Notes: a model not told the origin generated them from the sequence alone. DNA of 64,000 nucleotides from Negativicutes bacterium (GCA_963665275.2 CAXXIN010000007.1:448001-512000), one strand, 5' to 3'; counted from the first letter of the stretch, positions 11,594 through 22,867 are shown. Program-made: numbers and translations.

Positions 11594-12799
11594 TCAACTT
11601 TCTTCTACATAATCTAGCCTTCTATTTCTCATTCCTGGCGCAATCCCCTGGTAAATTTTCACCTGCATATTTCTGATATTCCTAGGATCGATATCCTGCC
11701 ATTCTGCAGGCATCAAAGGCTCGACAGGCAATAACTTCAAATACTCATCGCAATTATAAATAGCGGATAATCCCTGCAATGCAACCAGTGCCGTCGATGA
11801 AAGCGAAACGGCTTCCATTTGGGAACGGTCCATTTCCATCGTGATGATGCATTCTTCCCGACCGCCGTCTTTGTTCATTCCCGCAACGTATACTTTTCCG
11901 AGGGCCGGAATTTTGGCAAACAAAACTGTGCTGAGCTGCATTAAAATGGCAGCGCATAATTCGGCGTACTGCTTGTTGATCTGGATGGATTCCTTTTTTT
12001 CATATTGGATCTTCCCTGATTCGGTGAGCGATGTCCGCTCCGTCGGAATGATCATTTTGGCAGGCAGCCACGCTTTCACCCGGATGATGCTGCCCTGCAG
12101 ATCCAGATCCACATCCATAGGAAATGGTAGGAGCAGTTTGGGCAGATACTCATCGATCGTCATGATCGCAGCGGAGAGATCTCCATTGAGCAACCGAACG
12201 TAAAACTCAATCCGCTCTTCTTCCGCTTCTTCATGAATTCGTCGCTGTTGTGTGATGATTTCTTCCTGGGCGCGCACCTTAGTTTCGATTTCCAACCGCG
12301 TGTCCTTCTCAATTTTCTCCAGAGTGGATTGCAGCTTGCGGATCGTCCTGAATTGCAAAAAGCTTAGGGTCGCTACCATAATAACGACCAATATGAATGT
12401 GATAGTGCCCGGAAACAAAGCTACGCTGAGAATCAACGCCGCAATGAAGCCCCAGCGAATGTTGATGGGACGGCGGAACGTACGCTCGACCATGAGCAAT
12501 CGTTCCGGCAGCAACGACTGAAACTCCTGGCGCACCGGTTCCTTGAAAGGTTCCTTGACCAAGAAACGCACATAATCTTCGCGTTCATATCCAAACTTGC
12601 TGACGTCAGTCAATGCCTTTTCAACGGCTTCATGCCGCTGGTGTTCGGCCAACCACCTTTGCTGCTGGGCATTTTGACGGTAGTAACGATCACTGGCGTA
12701 TTCTTTCACCAGGCCGCTGCGCAAAGCATACTGTTCCCGTTTGGGTTCGTCTATAGTTGCCTTTTTCGTCAACGGATAACCTCCCCAGCTCATGAGCAA
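11594..12799 (-). CDS. Hypothetical membrane protein (two TM helices, coiled coil, soluble C-terminal domain)
   Basis: 401-aa ORF with a hydrophobic hairpin at about aa 116-150 followed by a heptad-rich segment. Start uncertain. Confidence 0.7.
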   Translation of the reverse strand: MLMSWGGYPLTKKATIDEPKREQYALRSGLVKEYASDRYYRQNAQQQRWLAEHQRHEAVEKALTDVSKFGYEREDYVRFLVKEPFKEPVRQEFQSLLPERLLMVERTFRRPINIRWGFIAALILSVALFPGTITFILVVIMVATLSFLQFRTIRKLQSTLEKIEKDTRLEIETKVRAQEEIITQQRRIHEEAEEERIEFYVRLLNGDLSAAIMTIDEYLPKLLLPFPMDVDLDLQGSIIRVKAWLPAKMIIPTERTSLTESGKIQYEKKESIQINKQYAELCAAILMQLSTVLFAKIPALGKVYVAGMNKDGGREECIITMEMDRSQMEAVSLSSTALVALQGLSAIYNCDEYLKLLPVEPLMPAEWQDIDPRNIRNMQVKIYQGIAPGMRNRRLDYVEES

Positions 12800-12953
12800 G
12801 CCTCTAAATTACACGATAATTTTTGATGAATTGCTTATCATTACTATATCATCATTCCTCCTGAGAAAACACCTGCCGGAAGCATCCGCGAAGTACTTGT
12901 TGTGATATAATAAATCTCGGAATAGAGTAATAATACTTTGGGAGGGATAGACT

Positions 12954-13883
12954 ATGCCATTGGTTACTTCAAAAGAAATGTTCAAAAAAGCGTACGAAGG
13001 AAATTACGCAGTCGGAGCTTTCAATGTGAACAACATGGAAATTATCCAAGGTATCGTGGATGCGGCCAAAGAAGAAAACGCCCCCCTGATCCTGCAGGTT
13101 TCCGCCGGCGCCCGCAAGTATGCCAAACATATTTATTTGATGAAACTCGTGGAAGCAGCCGTCGAAGACTCCGGCCTGCCCATTTGCCTGCACCTTGACC
13201 ATGGGGATGATTTTGAAATTTGCAAATCCTGTGTAGACGGCGGGTTCACATCCGTCATGATCGACGGCTCCAAACATCCGTTTGAAGAAAATATCGCACT
13301 GACCAAGAAGGTCGTTGAATATGCCCACGCCCACGGAGTTGTTGTGGAAGCTGAACTCGGACGCCTCGCAGGTGTTGAAGACGCAGTGAAAGTCAATACC
13401 AAAGATGCCTCCTACACCGATCCTGATCAGGCGGTCGAGTTCGTGCAAAAAACCGGTGTTGACTCGCTGGCAATCGCCATCGGTACCAGTCATGGCGCTT
13501 ACAAGTTCAAAGGCGATCCGTCTCTTGATTTTGCCAGGCTTGAAAAAATTTCCCAATTGCTGCCCAACTTCCCATTGGTTCTTCATGGCGCTTCCACCGT
13601 CCTGCCGGAATTCGTTGCCAAATGCAACAAATACGGCGGCAAGATAGACGGCGCCCAAGGAGTACCTGAAGAGATGCTGCTCCGGGCGGGTAAGCTTGGT
13701 GTTTGCAAAATCAATATTGATACCGACCTGCGTCTGGCTTTGACAGCAGCGATTCGGGAACATTTCGCACTTAATCCTGGCGACTTCGATCCCCGACAGT
13801 ATCTGAAACCGGCGCGTGAAGCCATTAAAGGCATGGTTCAGCATAAAATCAAAAATGTCCTGAATTGCAGCGGCAGAGTGTAG
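12954..13883 (+). CDS. fba: Fructose-1,6-bisphosphate aldolase class II
   Basis: GAFNVNNME, LHLDHG, SVMIDGS, GTSHGAYKF, LHGAS and KINIDTD. Extended -10 TGaTATAAT at 12903-12911. RBS GGAGG. Confidence 0.95.
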   Translation: MPLVTSKEMFKKAYEGNYAVGAFNVNNMEIIQGIVDAAKEENAPLILQVSAGARKYAKHIYLMKLVEAAVEDSGLPICLHLDHGDDFEICKSCVDGGFTSVMIDGSKHPFEENIALTKKVVEYAHAHGVVVEAELGRLAGVEDAVKVNTKDASYTDPDQAVEFVQKTGVDSLAIAIGTSHGAYKFKGDPSLDFARLEKISQLLPNFPLVLHGASTVLPEFVAKCNKYGGKIDGAQGVPEEMLLRAGKLGVCKINIDTDLRLALTAAIREHFALNPGDFDPRQYLKPAREAIKGMVQHKIKNVLNCSGRV

Positions 13884-13910
13884 TCATAAAACAACTTATC
13901 TTTTCAGATT

Positions 13911-13953
13911 AAAAATGACCGGAACGGAAAATATCCGCATCCGGTCATTTTTT
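13911..13953. terminator. Bidirectional terminator between fba and uxaE
   Basis: AAAAATGACCGGA...TCCGGTCATTTTTTT. Confidence 0.8.
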
Positions 13954-13960
13954 GTTGAAC

Positions 13961-15505
13961 TTATTGGGCTGTTTTTCCCGTATCCATCAGTGATTTTAAC
14001 GTCTTTACGTGATGACCGATATGCTTGAGTAGAACTTCAGAATAAGCATCTTCGTTTTCATCCCACAATTGATACAGGCGTTCGCGGAACAAAGGAGCTC
14101 CTTGCGCATCTTTATCCGTCAGAATGTACCCATAGGTGATGTGAAGCAGCTGTCTGGCGTCCTCTTCATTCAGCATCCTTTCCAGTGCGGCGTCAGACAA
14201 AGTATCCGCATCAGGAATCTTCTTCAAATCTGTTGTCACATGATAGAACTTCGTCGCATCAGGAAAACGCATTCTTGCATGAGCGCAGATCTTGCGGAAG
14301 AAGCCGGGGTCAACGCGGCAAACCACTCTCAGCGCTTCCAACCAGTTGGTACCCGCCGTTTTCACATGCACCCTGCCGCCGGTGTATTTCCCGATGATGG
14401 GAAACACCTTGAACTTGTCGCTGCCGGAGTGGATGCTCAGACGATAACCGAAGTGGTCTGCAATCGCCGAGTGAACAACAAATTCAGCCTCAAACTGCGC
14501 CAAATCTCCGATATAGTCGATCGCTTTTTGAAATTCGCCGCAAAAGCGCGGTGCGACGCTAGTCAGCTCGATTCCTGCTTTTTTCATCTCCGCTGCCATA
14601 AAATAGTGTGCTTCCGCCGTAGTGGGAGTTTCCGTTTCGTCAATGGAAAGCTCAAAATCGATTTCCGCCGCCCGAGGTGCGATAAAGGTCGTATGAATTT
14701 CTTTGATGAAAGCCAATGTGGCGCCATAGGTCATCACGGTTCTTTGTAACGACTCTGCATTAAAGGTGATTGGAATCTTGCCCACTAGGAACGTCTTGCC
14801 CAGATACTCAGATTCCATCTCCTGTTTTAGCGCCGGCGCCAACTTGGCATATTGCTGCGCCACTTCTGAGGCACTCAGGGCATTCACGGTATTGTCGATC
14901 TTCTCGGAGCAATCAAGTGTAATCATCGAATACCCCAAGCCCAATGCCATTTTAACTTCCTCGGGCTTTTTCAGATGATCGCCGTCAGCACCAAAGCCTT
15001 CGTGGAAGCCTTCCTGCAAAACCGCCCACGACGCCGCATCCAATACATCTTTGTACGTTCTCTCGGTCAATGTGAGTTCGCGGATGGATTGCTGCGCCAA
15101 TACCGGTCGAATTTGCGTACCTTTCAGACACCGCAAATGTCCAGGCGATGCGAGCCCCAGACGATCGCCCAACCCCATGCTGAAGCTCTCGCGGCCAAAG
15201 GGAACCGGTTTCATAAACGGGAAATAATTCCGCATTGTTACCGCATTGGCGTGAGAAAGTGCAGCGACCTTATAAGGAACGTCGAGAATGTTTCCTGTTT
15301 CCTCTGCAACAATATCGGTAAAAAGTGAACTTTCTTTTCGATTCAATACAATGAGTTTTTTCCCACTTTGGGTGCGCGTCAAAAACAATGCTACATCAGC
15401 ATTTACGACAAGCGAATCCTGATAAACCCCTTCTTGCTTTTCGGCCGAACACGCATACCCGCTCCCAATTAATTGGGCAGCAAAAGATTCCCACGCATTT
15501 TTCAC
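13961..15505 (-). CDS. uxaE: Tagaturonate/fructuronate epimerase
   Basis: GLGDRLG, AQQSIRE, GADGDHLK, FELSIDET, SIHSGSDKF and HVKTAGTNWLEA motifs. Confidence 0.88.
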   Translation of the reverse strand: MKNAWESFAAQLIGSGYACSAEKQEGVYQDSLVVNADVALFLTRTQSGKKLIVLNRKESSLFTDIVAEETGNILDVPYKVAALSHANAVTMRNYFPFMKPVPFGRESFSMGLGDRLGLASPGHLRCLKGTQIRPVLAQQSIRELTLTERTYKDVLDAASWAVLQEGFHEGFGADGDHLKKPEEVKMALGLGYSMITLDCSEKIDNTVNALSASEVAQQYAKLAPALKQEMESEYLGKTFLVGKIPITFNAESLQRTVMTYGATLAFIKEIHTTFIAPRAAEIDFELSIDETETPTTAEAHYFMAAEMKKAGIELTSVAPRFCGEFQKAIDYIGDLAQFEAEFVVHSAIADHFGYRLSIHSGSDKFKVFPIIGKYTGGRVHVKTAGTNWLEALRVVCRVDPGFFRKICAHARMRFPDATKFYHVTTDLKKIPDADTLSDAALERMLNEEDARQLLHITYGYILTDKDAQGAPLFRERLYQLWDENEDAYSEVLLKHIGHHVKTLKSLMDTGKTAQ

Positions 15506-15711
15506 TAAACATTCCTCCCTAATTCGATCTTTTGGCTTTTCACTTAAATTCGCGGCTTATCGTCAAAAAACCTGCGTCACAAATATTTATGCAAAATTCT
15601 TTCAACATGGCAGGATTTATGGGTTCGCTGTATAAATATATAAATTAGGTTCGTTTAGGTTCGCTAACCACTCGAACCCCTTTGTATCAAATTGTGAAAG
15701 GAGTATCTGTT

Positions 15712-16212
15712 TTGGTGGGTCTAAAAAAATTGTTCCTGGCCATTGATTCTTTTGTGGAATCGTTTTGCCTGCTGAGCATGCTGACGATGGTCATCATCGT
15801 ATCTGTTCAGGTTGTCACCCGCAAATTGTTCAACTTTGTCTTTTTCTGGTCGGAGGAAGTTACCTTGCTGCTGCTCGCCTGGTTTGCCTTCATGGGCATT
15901 GCCATCGGCGTCCGCGAACACCTTCATCTTGCAATGGATGTGCTCGAAAGCTTCGCTTCCAAAAAAGCCTTAAAGATGTTGGATAAATTGATCGAGGTTT
16001 TCACTCTCATATTTGGTATTTACCTCATCATTTATGGCTGGCAATTTACAGCGTTGATGGGTGAATCGACTCTCCCTGCCACCAAATTACCCAACAGCGC
16101 TCTTTATGTTGTTATGCCGCTTACAGGAGTGATGATCTGTGCCTATTCAGTCCTCCAATTAATGGGCATCGATACCACACGTCATAAAAACCTTGGAGGA
16201 GGATTGGACTAA
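15712..16212 (+). CDS. dctQ: TRAP transporter small permease
   Basis: Four TM helices, WSEEV and HLAMD motifs. Confidence 0.88.
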   Translation: MVGLKKLFLAIDSFVESFCLLSMLTMVIIVSVQVVTRKLFNFVFFWSEEVTLLLLAWFAFMGIAIGVREHLHLAMDVLESFASKKALKMLDKLIEVFTLIFGIYLIIYGWQFTALMGESTLPATKLPNSALYVVMPLTGVMICAYSVLQLMGIDTTRHKNLGGGLD

Positions 16213-17505
16213 TGCCGGATCAAACAACCGCAAGCTGGATTCTTGTTTCCAGCTTTGTCATTCTACTAGTTCTTCGTTTTCCTGTCGCACTGACGCTCGT
16301 CGGTTCGACAGTGATCACACTCTGGTACCTCGACCTCCCGATCATCGTGGCATCCCAGCAGATGATCCAGGGCATTACCAACTACTCACTGCTAGCCATC
16401 CCATTCTTCATCCTCACTGGTCAGATTCTACAGGAAGGTGGACTGGCGCATCGTATCGTTAAAATGACCAATATTTTCGTGGGCCGCATCCGTGGTGGTC
16501 TGGCGCTGGCTAATAGCGTTGCCTGCATGATCTTCGGGGGCATGTCCGGTTCAGCAGTCGCAGACGCTTCTGCTGTCGGAGCGGTCATGATTCCGATGAT
16601 GGTTGATAAAGGATACGATGCAGACTACGCGGTAGGAGTTACAATTTCTTCTGCTATTCAGGGCGTCGTCGTTCCGCCGAGCCACAACATGGTCCTCTAT
16701 TCGATCGTGGCTGGGGGCGTTTCAGTCGGCAGCATGTTCCTTGCAGGGATGATCCCAGGTCTGATTTTACTCTCTTCCTTGATGATCACAGGTTACCTGA
16801 TCGGCTTGAAACGCGGCTACGGTTATGGAGAAGCCGTTATCAGGAGTCAAATCCCCTCCATCATGATTCACGGTCTCCTTTCTTTCACTCCCGCAGTCAT
16901 CATCGTTAGCGCCATCATCTCCGGTTGGGCCACCGCGACGGAAGCGGGCGCCATTGCCGCCGTATATGCTTTCGTGCTGGCGTTCCTTGCCTATCGGGAG
17001 GCCCCTTTAAAGAATATGTGGGGTGTTTTAATCCGGACATTCCGTACCGTGTTGATGGTTTTTTTCCTCATTGCAGCTTCTCAGGCTTTTGGCTGGGTCA
17101 TGGCCTATCTCCATCTGCCCGACATCATTACCGACTGGTTTTTAGGCGTGTCCAACCAGCCGTGGGTCATCCTGCTCATGATCAACGTTCTCCTCTTGCT
17201 TCTTGGGCGGCCCGATGGATATGGCTCCGATGATCCTGATCCTGACCCCGATTTTACTGCCTGTCTGTGTCAAACTTGGGATGGATCCGATACAATTTGG
17301 CATTATCATGATCTTCAACTCAGGAATGGGCTTACTTACGCCTCCGGTTGGAACTGTTCTATTCGTGGGCTGCGCTATCGGAAAAGTGTCGGTTGAAGCC
17401 GGAACTAAGGCGATGTTACCTTTCTTCTATGCTATGATTGTCGTCCTCATGGCAATTACTTATATTCCTGCAATTACCATGTGGCTGCCCAAAATGTTCA
17501 TGTAG
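16212..17505 (+). CDS. dctM: TRAP transporter large permease, frameshift near 17205
   Basis: LLAIPFFILTG, SGSAVADA, PPSHNMVLY, TATEAG and GLLTPPVG motifs. Confidence 0.88.
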
Positions 17506-17578
17506 TGCCAATACAGCTGGGAGTTTTTCCTCTTACGAGGAATTGTTGCTTCACACAAAATATAAGGAGGTCCGATTC

Positions 17579-18598
17579 ATGCGTAAACACCATCTCATCG
17601 CTCTATTCGTCGTTGCCCTGTTTTCTCTTTCCCTGATTGCCGCCGGTTGTGGCGGGGACAAAAAACCTGCAGCTCCAGCAGCAGCTCCAGCAGCAGCAAC
17701 CATGGTTCTCAAGTTGGGTGAAACTCATCCGCCAGATTACCCCACCACGATGGGCGACAAGAAATTCGCCGAACTGGTGACCGAGCGTACCAAAGGCCGT
17801 ATCAAAGTCGAAGTATATCCGTCCTCGCAACTGGGTGAAGAAAAAGCAGTCATCGAGCAACTTCAGCTCGGCGCCGTCGCTTTCACCCGTGTAAGCTCGG
17901 CCCCGTTGGCTGAGTTCCACAAACCGCTGGGTGTATTTTCTCTCCCCTACATCTTCGATTCGTCTGCCCATATGTGGAAATTCCTTGATAGCGCTGACGG
18001 CATGAAATTGCTGGACGGACTACAATCCTCCCGTTTCGTGGGCCTGTGTTACTATGATCCAGGCGCCCGCAGCTTCTACTCCACGAAGCCTCTCAAGTCG
18101 TTAGCTGATCTTAAGGGAATGAAAATCCGGGTTCAACAGAACAAAATCAACATGGACATGATCGCAGCCCTGGGCGCCAGTGCGACCCCCATGCCTTACG
18201 GTCAGGTTTTCAGCGCTTTGCAGACCGGCGTTATCGATGGCGCGGAAAACAACTTCCCGAGCTACCTGACCGCCAGTCATTCCCAGGTTGCCAAATATTA
18301 TCTGCGTGACGGACATCAAATGGTTCCTGAAGTTCTGATCATGAGCAAAGTTGTCTGGGACAAGCTGACTCCTGAAGATCAAAAGATCGTCAAACAGGCT
18401 GCTTTGGACTCCGTGAAAACCCAACGCGAACTCTGGAACAAATTCGAAAAAGAAGCAGAAGCCAAAGTTAAGGCTGATGGTTCCACCGTAACCGAAATTA
18501 CCGATGTAAAAGTTTGGCAAGCCGCTGTCAAACCGGTTATTGACAAATACGGTCCTGAATACAAAGAAGTGCTCGACCAAATCAGCAAAGCTCGCTAG
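17579..18598 (+). CDS. dctP: TRAP substrate-binding lipoprotein, probably for hexuronates
   Basis: Lipobox AAGC, KIRVQ, ALQTGVIDGAENN. RBS AAGGAGG. Divergent from uxaE. Confidence 0.9.
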   Translation: MRKHHLIALFVVALFSLSLIAAGCGGDKKPAAPAAAPAAATMVLKLGETHPPDYPTTMGDKKFAELVTERTKGRIKVEVYPSSQLGEEKAVIEQLQLGAVAFTRVSSAPLAEFHKPLGVFSLPYIFDSSAHMWKFLDSADGMKLLDGLQSSRFVGLCYYDPGARSFYSTKPLKSLADLKGMKIRVQQNKINMDMIAALGASATPMPYGQVFSALQTGVIDGAENNFPSYLTASHSQVAKYYLRDGHQMVPEVLIMSKVVWDKLTPEDQKIVKQAALDSVKTQRELWNKFEKEAEAKVKADGSTVTEITDVKVWQAAVKPVIDKYGPEYKEVLDQISKAR

Positions 18599-18628
18599 CC
18601 GAAACTTGGAATAAGCAAAGTCCGAGGG

Positions 18629-18672
18629 ACGGGATGTTTCCGCCGTAATCAATGCGGGAACATCCCGTTTTG
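18629..18672 (+). terminator. Terminator of the TRAP operon
   Basis: ACGGGATGTT...AACATCCCGT plus TTT. Confidence 0.7.
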
Positions 18673-18786
18673 CTTTATATTCAGACATGAGGGTCTTTTG
18701 CAGGAATTATCGGATTCTGCAAGAATTAATCATAAAGAAGTCAAGATAGCATTGCGAAATTGAATCGACAAGAAAGAAGGTCAAGC

Positions 18787-19353
18787 ATGAAACAAAACCC
18801 GCTAATAGTATTCCTCCTCACTTTAGTTCTGCTCTCCGGCGCTGCGACCGCTGACGCAGCCGCCAATCCGATCCCTTCGGCTTCGACTCCCTCAACGGCC
18901 GCTGCTCCTGCGGGGTCTCCTCCTGCAGCTTATGTACAGGCTCTTAAAACTCTACAAGAAAACAAGTATGGAGAGAATGAGCTCAAGAGTTTTGTGTACC
19001 AGATATTTTCTCTATTTGACCGCCATGCGGAAATCAGCCAGTTGCTGCTCCTCTTTGCAGATGAAGATCTATACATGAGTGTGCCGGAAGGAAAAGTCGA
19101 TTCCCATCGGGAATTCGAAAAATGGTATGCCGGCGTTGGCGCGAAATATCAATCCAATACCCATACTGTCGAACGAATCGATGTGCAAATCCCTAAAAAG
19201 GGCGACTACCGTGTCGACCTGATTGTGAATTGGCAGGCTCTGGATCGAGAAGGAAAATTCACCTCCACGCGGATGCGTCAAAAGTGGCAAATCGTTGATG
19301 GCGGCGGCTACTGGCCCCGCATCGTCAGCTATATCGTTGAGCCGGTCCTATAA
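18787..19353 (+). CDS. Exported hypothetical protein, probable NTF2/SnoaL-like fold
   Basis: Signal peptide, Ala/Pro linker, then a helix/beta pattern (FEKWY...NTHTV...VNWQA...QKW) resembling SnoaL-like proteins. Confidence 0.65.
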   Translation: MKQNPLIVFLLTLVLLSGAATADAAANPIPSASTPSTAAAPAGSPPAAYVQALKTLQENKYGENELKSFVYQIFSLFDRHAEISQLLLLFADEDLYMSVPEGKVDSHREFEKWYAGVGAKYQSNTHTVERIDVQIPKKGDYRVDLIVNWQALDREGKFTSTRMRQKWQIVDGGGYWPRIVSYIVEPVL

Positions 19354-19382
19354 GATTTTGATTTTTTCCACGTTCCGCAACT

Positions 19383-19434
19383 AAAAGGTGCTGTCGCGAG
19401 CAGGCTTTGCAACCTGATTGCGACAGCACCTTTT
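19383..19434. terminator. Bidirectional terminator
   Basis: AAAAGGTGCTGTCGC/GCGACAGCACCTTTT. Confidence 0.75.
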
Positions 19435-19472
19435 CCACTTGGCCATAAAGCAAGATAGGATAAAATCGATTC

Positions 19473-19778
19473 TCAGTTGATTCGCATTCGGTTTTTCTGG
19501 TCCATAAACTGTTGAAATTCATCCAGTAGTTTATTATGGCCCAAAAATTCGAACAAATATTTAGTCATTGTTCGGGCTTCCAACAGATGTCCTTCAATCT
19601 CATCAAGGCTTTGACTAATCGCCTCGCATTCCTGGCTAGCCTGAACAAAACTTTGCATCGCCATCGGGAACAGTTGTCGCACCACGTCTTCGGCGTTCAA
19701 TTCACCCCGGTTCATCCGGCGGACGATCGCATCCATCTTTTCAGACAGTTCATGTGTCTTGCTGGTCGTTCGGCTCAT
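19473..19778 (-). CDS. Small helical hypothetical protein
   Basis: 101-aa ORF with RBS GGAAGGAGG. Confidence 0.6.
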   Translation of the reverse strand: MSRTTSKTHELSEKMDAIVRRMNRGELNAEDVVRQLFPMAMQSFVQASQECEAISQSLDEIEGHLLEARTMTKYLFEFLGHNKLLDEFQQFMDQKNRMRIN

Positions 19779-20046
19779 GGCGCCTCCTTCCCTCATCGGC
19801 TGAGTGATGGGTGATTTTTTTGGTTTTTATTAATTCGACAACGCCTACGCGATATTCCTGCAGGAAAAGGCTGGAATATTCTATTTATGAGAGGAACTCT
19901 CTCGATAAACATCGAATAGTTTCTTAATTAAGACGAAACATGGCTGTTCCAAGGCCTTTGGATGTTTTCAGGAACCTAGCAGTTCTTTCATAAGGTAAGA
20001 ATAACTCCATTCTCTTCTTTCTGGCAAGGCAAACGGGAGGTGTCTA

Positions 20047-22738
20047 ATGAAACTGATACAATTGACTATTGACGGAATAGCCGTGATAACGGCTCCGGGA
20101 ACCACTGTGCTTGAAGCAGCCCGCCAAGCCGGCATTCGAATTCCGACCCTTTGTCATCTGCCTGATCTCAGCCCTGAAGGGGCTTGTCGTCTTTGCGTCG
20201 TACAAATTGAAGGAATGCGAACTCTCGCGGCTTCTTGCGTGCAACCTGTTGCAGAAGGAATGGCGGTCAGGACCCACGCGCCAGAGGTTCTGGAAGCCCG
20301 TAGGCTAGTTCTTGAACTCATCTTGTCCAATCATCCGACAGACTGTTTTTCCTGCAGCCGCAACCTCAACTGCGAGCTTCAGACACTTGCTACCGAACTT
20401 GGTGTTAAAACGCCTCGTTTTCCAGGCCGAAAAAGGCATTATCCGAGGATTGATGATACAAATCCTTTCATCGTTAGGGACAATGAAAAATGCATTCTCT
20501 GCGGACGTTGTGTTAGAACGTGCCAGGAATTGCAATCCTGCAATGTCCTGGACTTCACAGGCCGTGGTTTTGATGTGAAAGTGGCTCCTGCCTTTGATAC
20601 GCCTACGCACGAATCGGATTGTGTATTCTGCGGAGCTTGCGTATCCGCCTGTCCTGTTGGTGCTCTAACCGAAAAAGAGCTTTGCCTGGAAGGACGTCCT
20701 GATAAGAAAGTGCGTACTACCTGTCCATTTTGCGGTGTCGGCTGCAATTTTGACCTGAACGTAAAAGAAAATCGGATTATCGGCGTTACCTCGAACCCTG
20801 ACAGTCCGGTCAACGGCAGGTTACTTTGCGTGAAAGGACGTTTTGGAATCGATTATGTCCATAGCCCCAACCGCTTGACCACACCATTGATTCGTAAGAA
20901 TGATAAACTAGAGCCAGCGTCCTGGGATGAGGCCCTTGCTCTCGTAGCCGAACGCTTTGCGCTGACAAAGCAGGCCCATGGGCCCGATTCCATAGCAGCG
21001 TTCAGTTCTGCCCGCTGTACTAATGAAGAAAACTATATCCTGCAAAAATTCATGCGCGCGGTGATTGGCACCAACAGTATTGACCACTGCGCCCGCACCT
21101 GACACAGTCCCACCGTGGCCGGTCTGGTCACAGCTTTTGGTTCAGGAGCCATGACAAATTCAATCGGTGAAATCGCCGACAGTTCTATGTTCTTTGTTAT
21201 CGGCTCCAATCCTTCGGAAGCCCATCCAGTCATTGCAGCCAAAATGCGTCAGGCACGCAGAAAAGGAGCCGGTCTCATCGTTGTCGACCCTCGAAAAACC
21301 GAGCTGGCCGCAATGGCTGATATCTGGCTGCGCCTGAAACCCGGTACCGATGTGGCCCTGCTTAACGGCTTGATGCATATCATCATCCGGGATGGACTCC
21401 ATGACGCAGATTTTATCGAGCACTGCACCAGCGGCTTTGCGGCTATGGCCGCTACGGTTAAGAGCTATACCCCAGAAAGGGCTGCGGATATCACCGGAGT
21501 CGATATCGCACTTTTGGAAAAGGCAGCCCATCTGTATGCCCAGTCTGAAAGGGCCCAGATTTTCTATACCCTGGGCATCACGGAGCATTGCTGGGGAACC
21601 GACAATGTTCTCTCCATCGCCAACCTCGCCATGCTTACAGGAAATATCGGCAAGCCATCTTCCGGGGTCAACCCACTGCGCGGCCAAAATAATGTGCAGG
21701 GAGCCTGCGATATGGGAGCCCTGCCTGATGTCCTACCCGGTTACAAGAAGGTATCTGACGACGACGAACGGGCTCGCTTTAGCCGTGCTTGGAACGTCCT
21801 CCTTCCATCTATTCGTGGTTTTACCATACCGGAAATGTTCACAGCAGCCATCGCCGGCGAAGTTAAAGCCATGTACATCGTCGGTGAAAACCCTGTACTT
21901 TCGGACGCCAATGCAAATCACGTACGCAAAGCTTTAAATGCGCTGGATTTTCTGGTGGTTCAGGATATTTTTCTTACCGAGACAGCCCAGCTGGCGGATG
22001 TCGTACTCCCTGCAGCCAGCTTCGCGGAAAAAGAAGGCACATTCACCAATACAGAAAGAAGAATTCAACGTGTTCGTAAAGCCGTCGCTCCCCCCGGATG
22101 CAGCCGAACTGACCTTGAGATCATCGTTGAGCTATCCAAACGAATGGGTTATGAAATGCCAAGCACTGAACCCGAAGCAGTTATGAGCGAAATCGCCTCA
22201 CTTACAGGAATCTATCATGGAGTATCCTATGCGAGGCTTGAAAAAAACGGTCTGCAATGGCCAGTCCCTTCCCCTGAACATCCCGGCACCCAATATCTGC
22301 ATGAAAATGGACATTTTACCTGCGGGTTGGGTTGGTTCACCCCTGTACCATCACCCGCCGGCAGAAGGACCAGACGAGGATTATCCGCTAGTCCTCACCA
22401 CTGGCAGAAGGCTATATCACTACAATGTCAGTACGTTCGGAAAATCCATGGCCTTGTCGGCGCATCTATCGGAAGAACGGCTATGGATCAATCCGCACGA
22501 TGCCGCCGCCCTCTCTTTGACCGATGAATGTACAGCACTTATTTCTTCGCGCCGCGGCGAAGTCAAGGCACGTGCATGGGTGACGGAGGACGTTCCGCCC
22601 GGATTGGTATGGATGTCCTTTCATTTCCCCGATGCGCCCACCAACGATATCACTAACGATGCCGGCGACCAGGTCACGGGAACCTACGAGTACAAAGTCT
22701 GCGCCGTCAAAGTGCAACGAGTGGAAACGAGTCCCTGA
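20047..22738 (+). CDS. fdhF: Selenocysteine-containing formate dehydrogenase alpha subunit with N-terminal 2Fe-2S/4Fe-4S domains; in-frame TGA (Sec) at 21100-21102; frameshift near 22348
   Basis: IPTLC..GACRLC, CILCGRCVRTC, CPFCGVGC, DHCART-U-HSPTVAGL, LRGQNNVQGACDMG and YEYKVCAV motifs. Confidence 0.9.
21100..21140 (+). promoter_or_regulatory. Bacterial SECIS element
   Basis: TGA, 12 nt, then GTGGCC-GGTCT-GGTCAC hairpin, close to the geometry and loop of the E. coli fdhF SECIS. Confidence 0.8.
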
Positions 22739-22818
22739 GACATATTGACGGCTTCATCTGAAAAGATTATCCGCAGCCTGGAAGCAGCTAAGGCATTGCA
22801 AGATATAAACGCATATAA

Positions 22819-22863
22819 ACAAAGCAAAACCCTTCTGTCTTGGACAGAAGGGTTTTGCTTTGT
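22819..22863. terminator. rrn operon terminator (also serves the convergent fdh)
   Basis: 21-bp perfect stem ACAAAGCAAAACCCTTCTGTC/GACAGAAGGGTTTTGCTTTGT. Confidence 0.85.
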
Positions 22864-22867
22864 AGAA

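Noticed and set aside
19870-20046. Moco/Wco riboswitch upstream of fdh
   Set aside because: The leader is long, but I could not find the conserved Moco motif elements. An Rfam scan would settle it.
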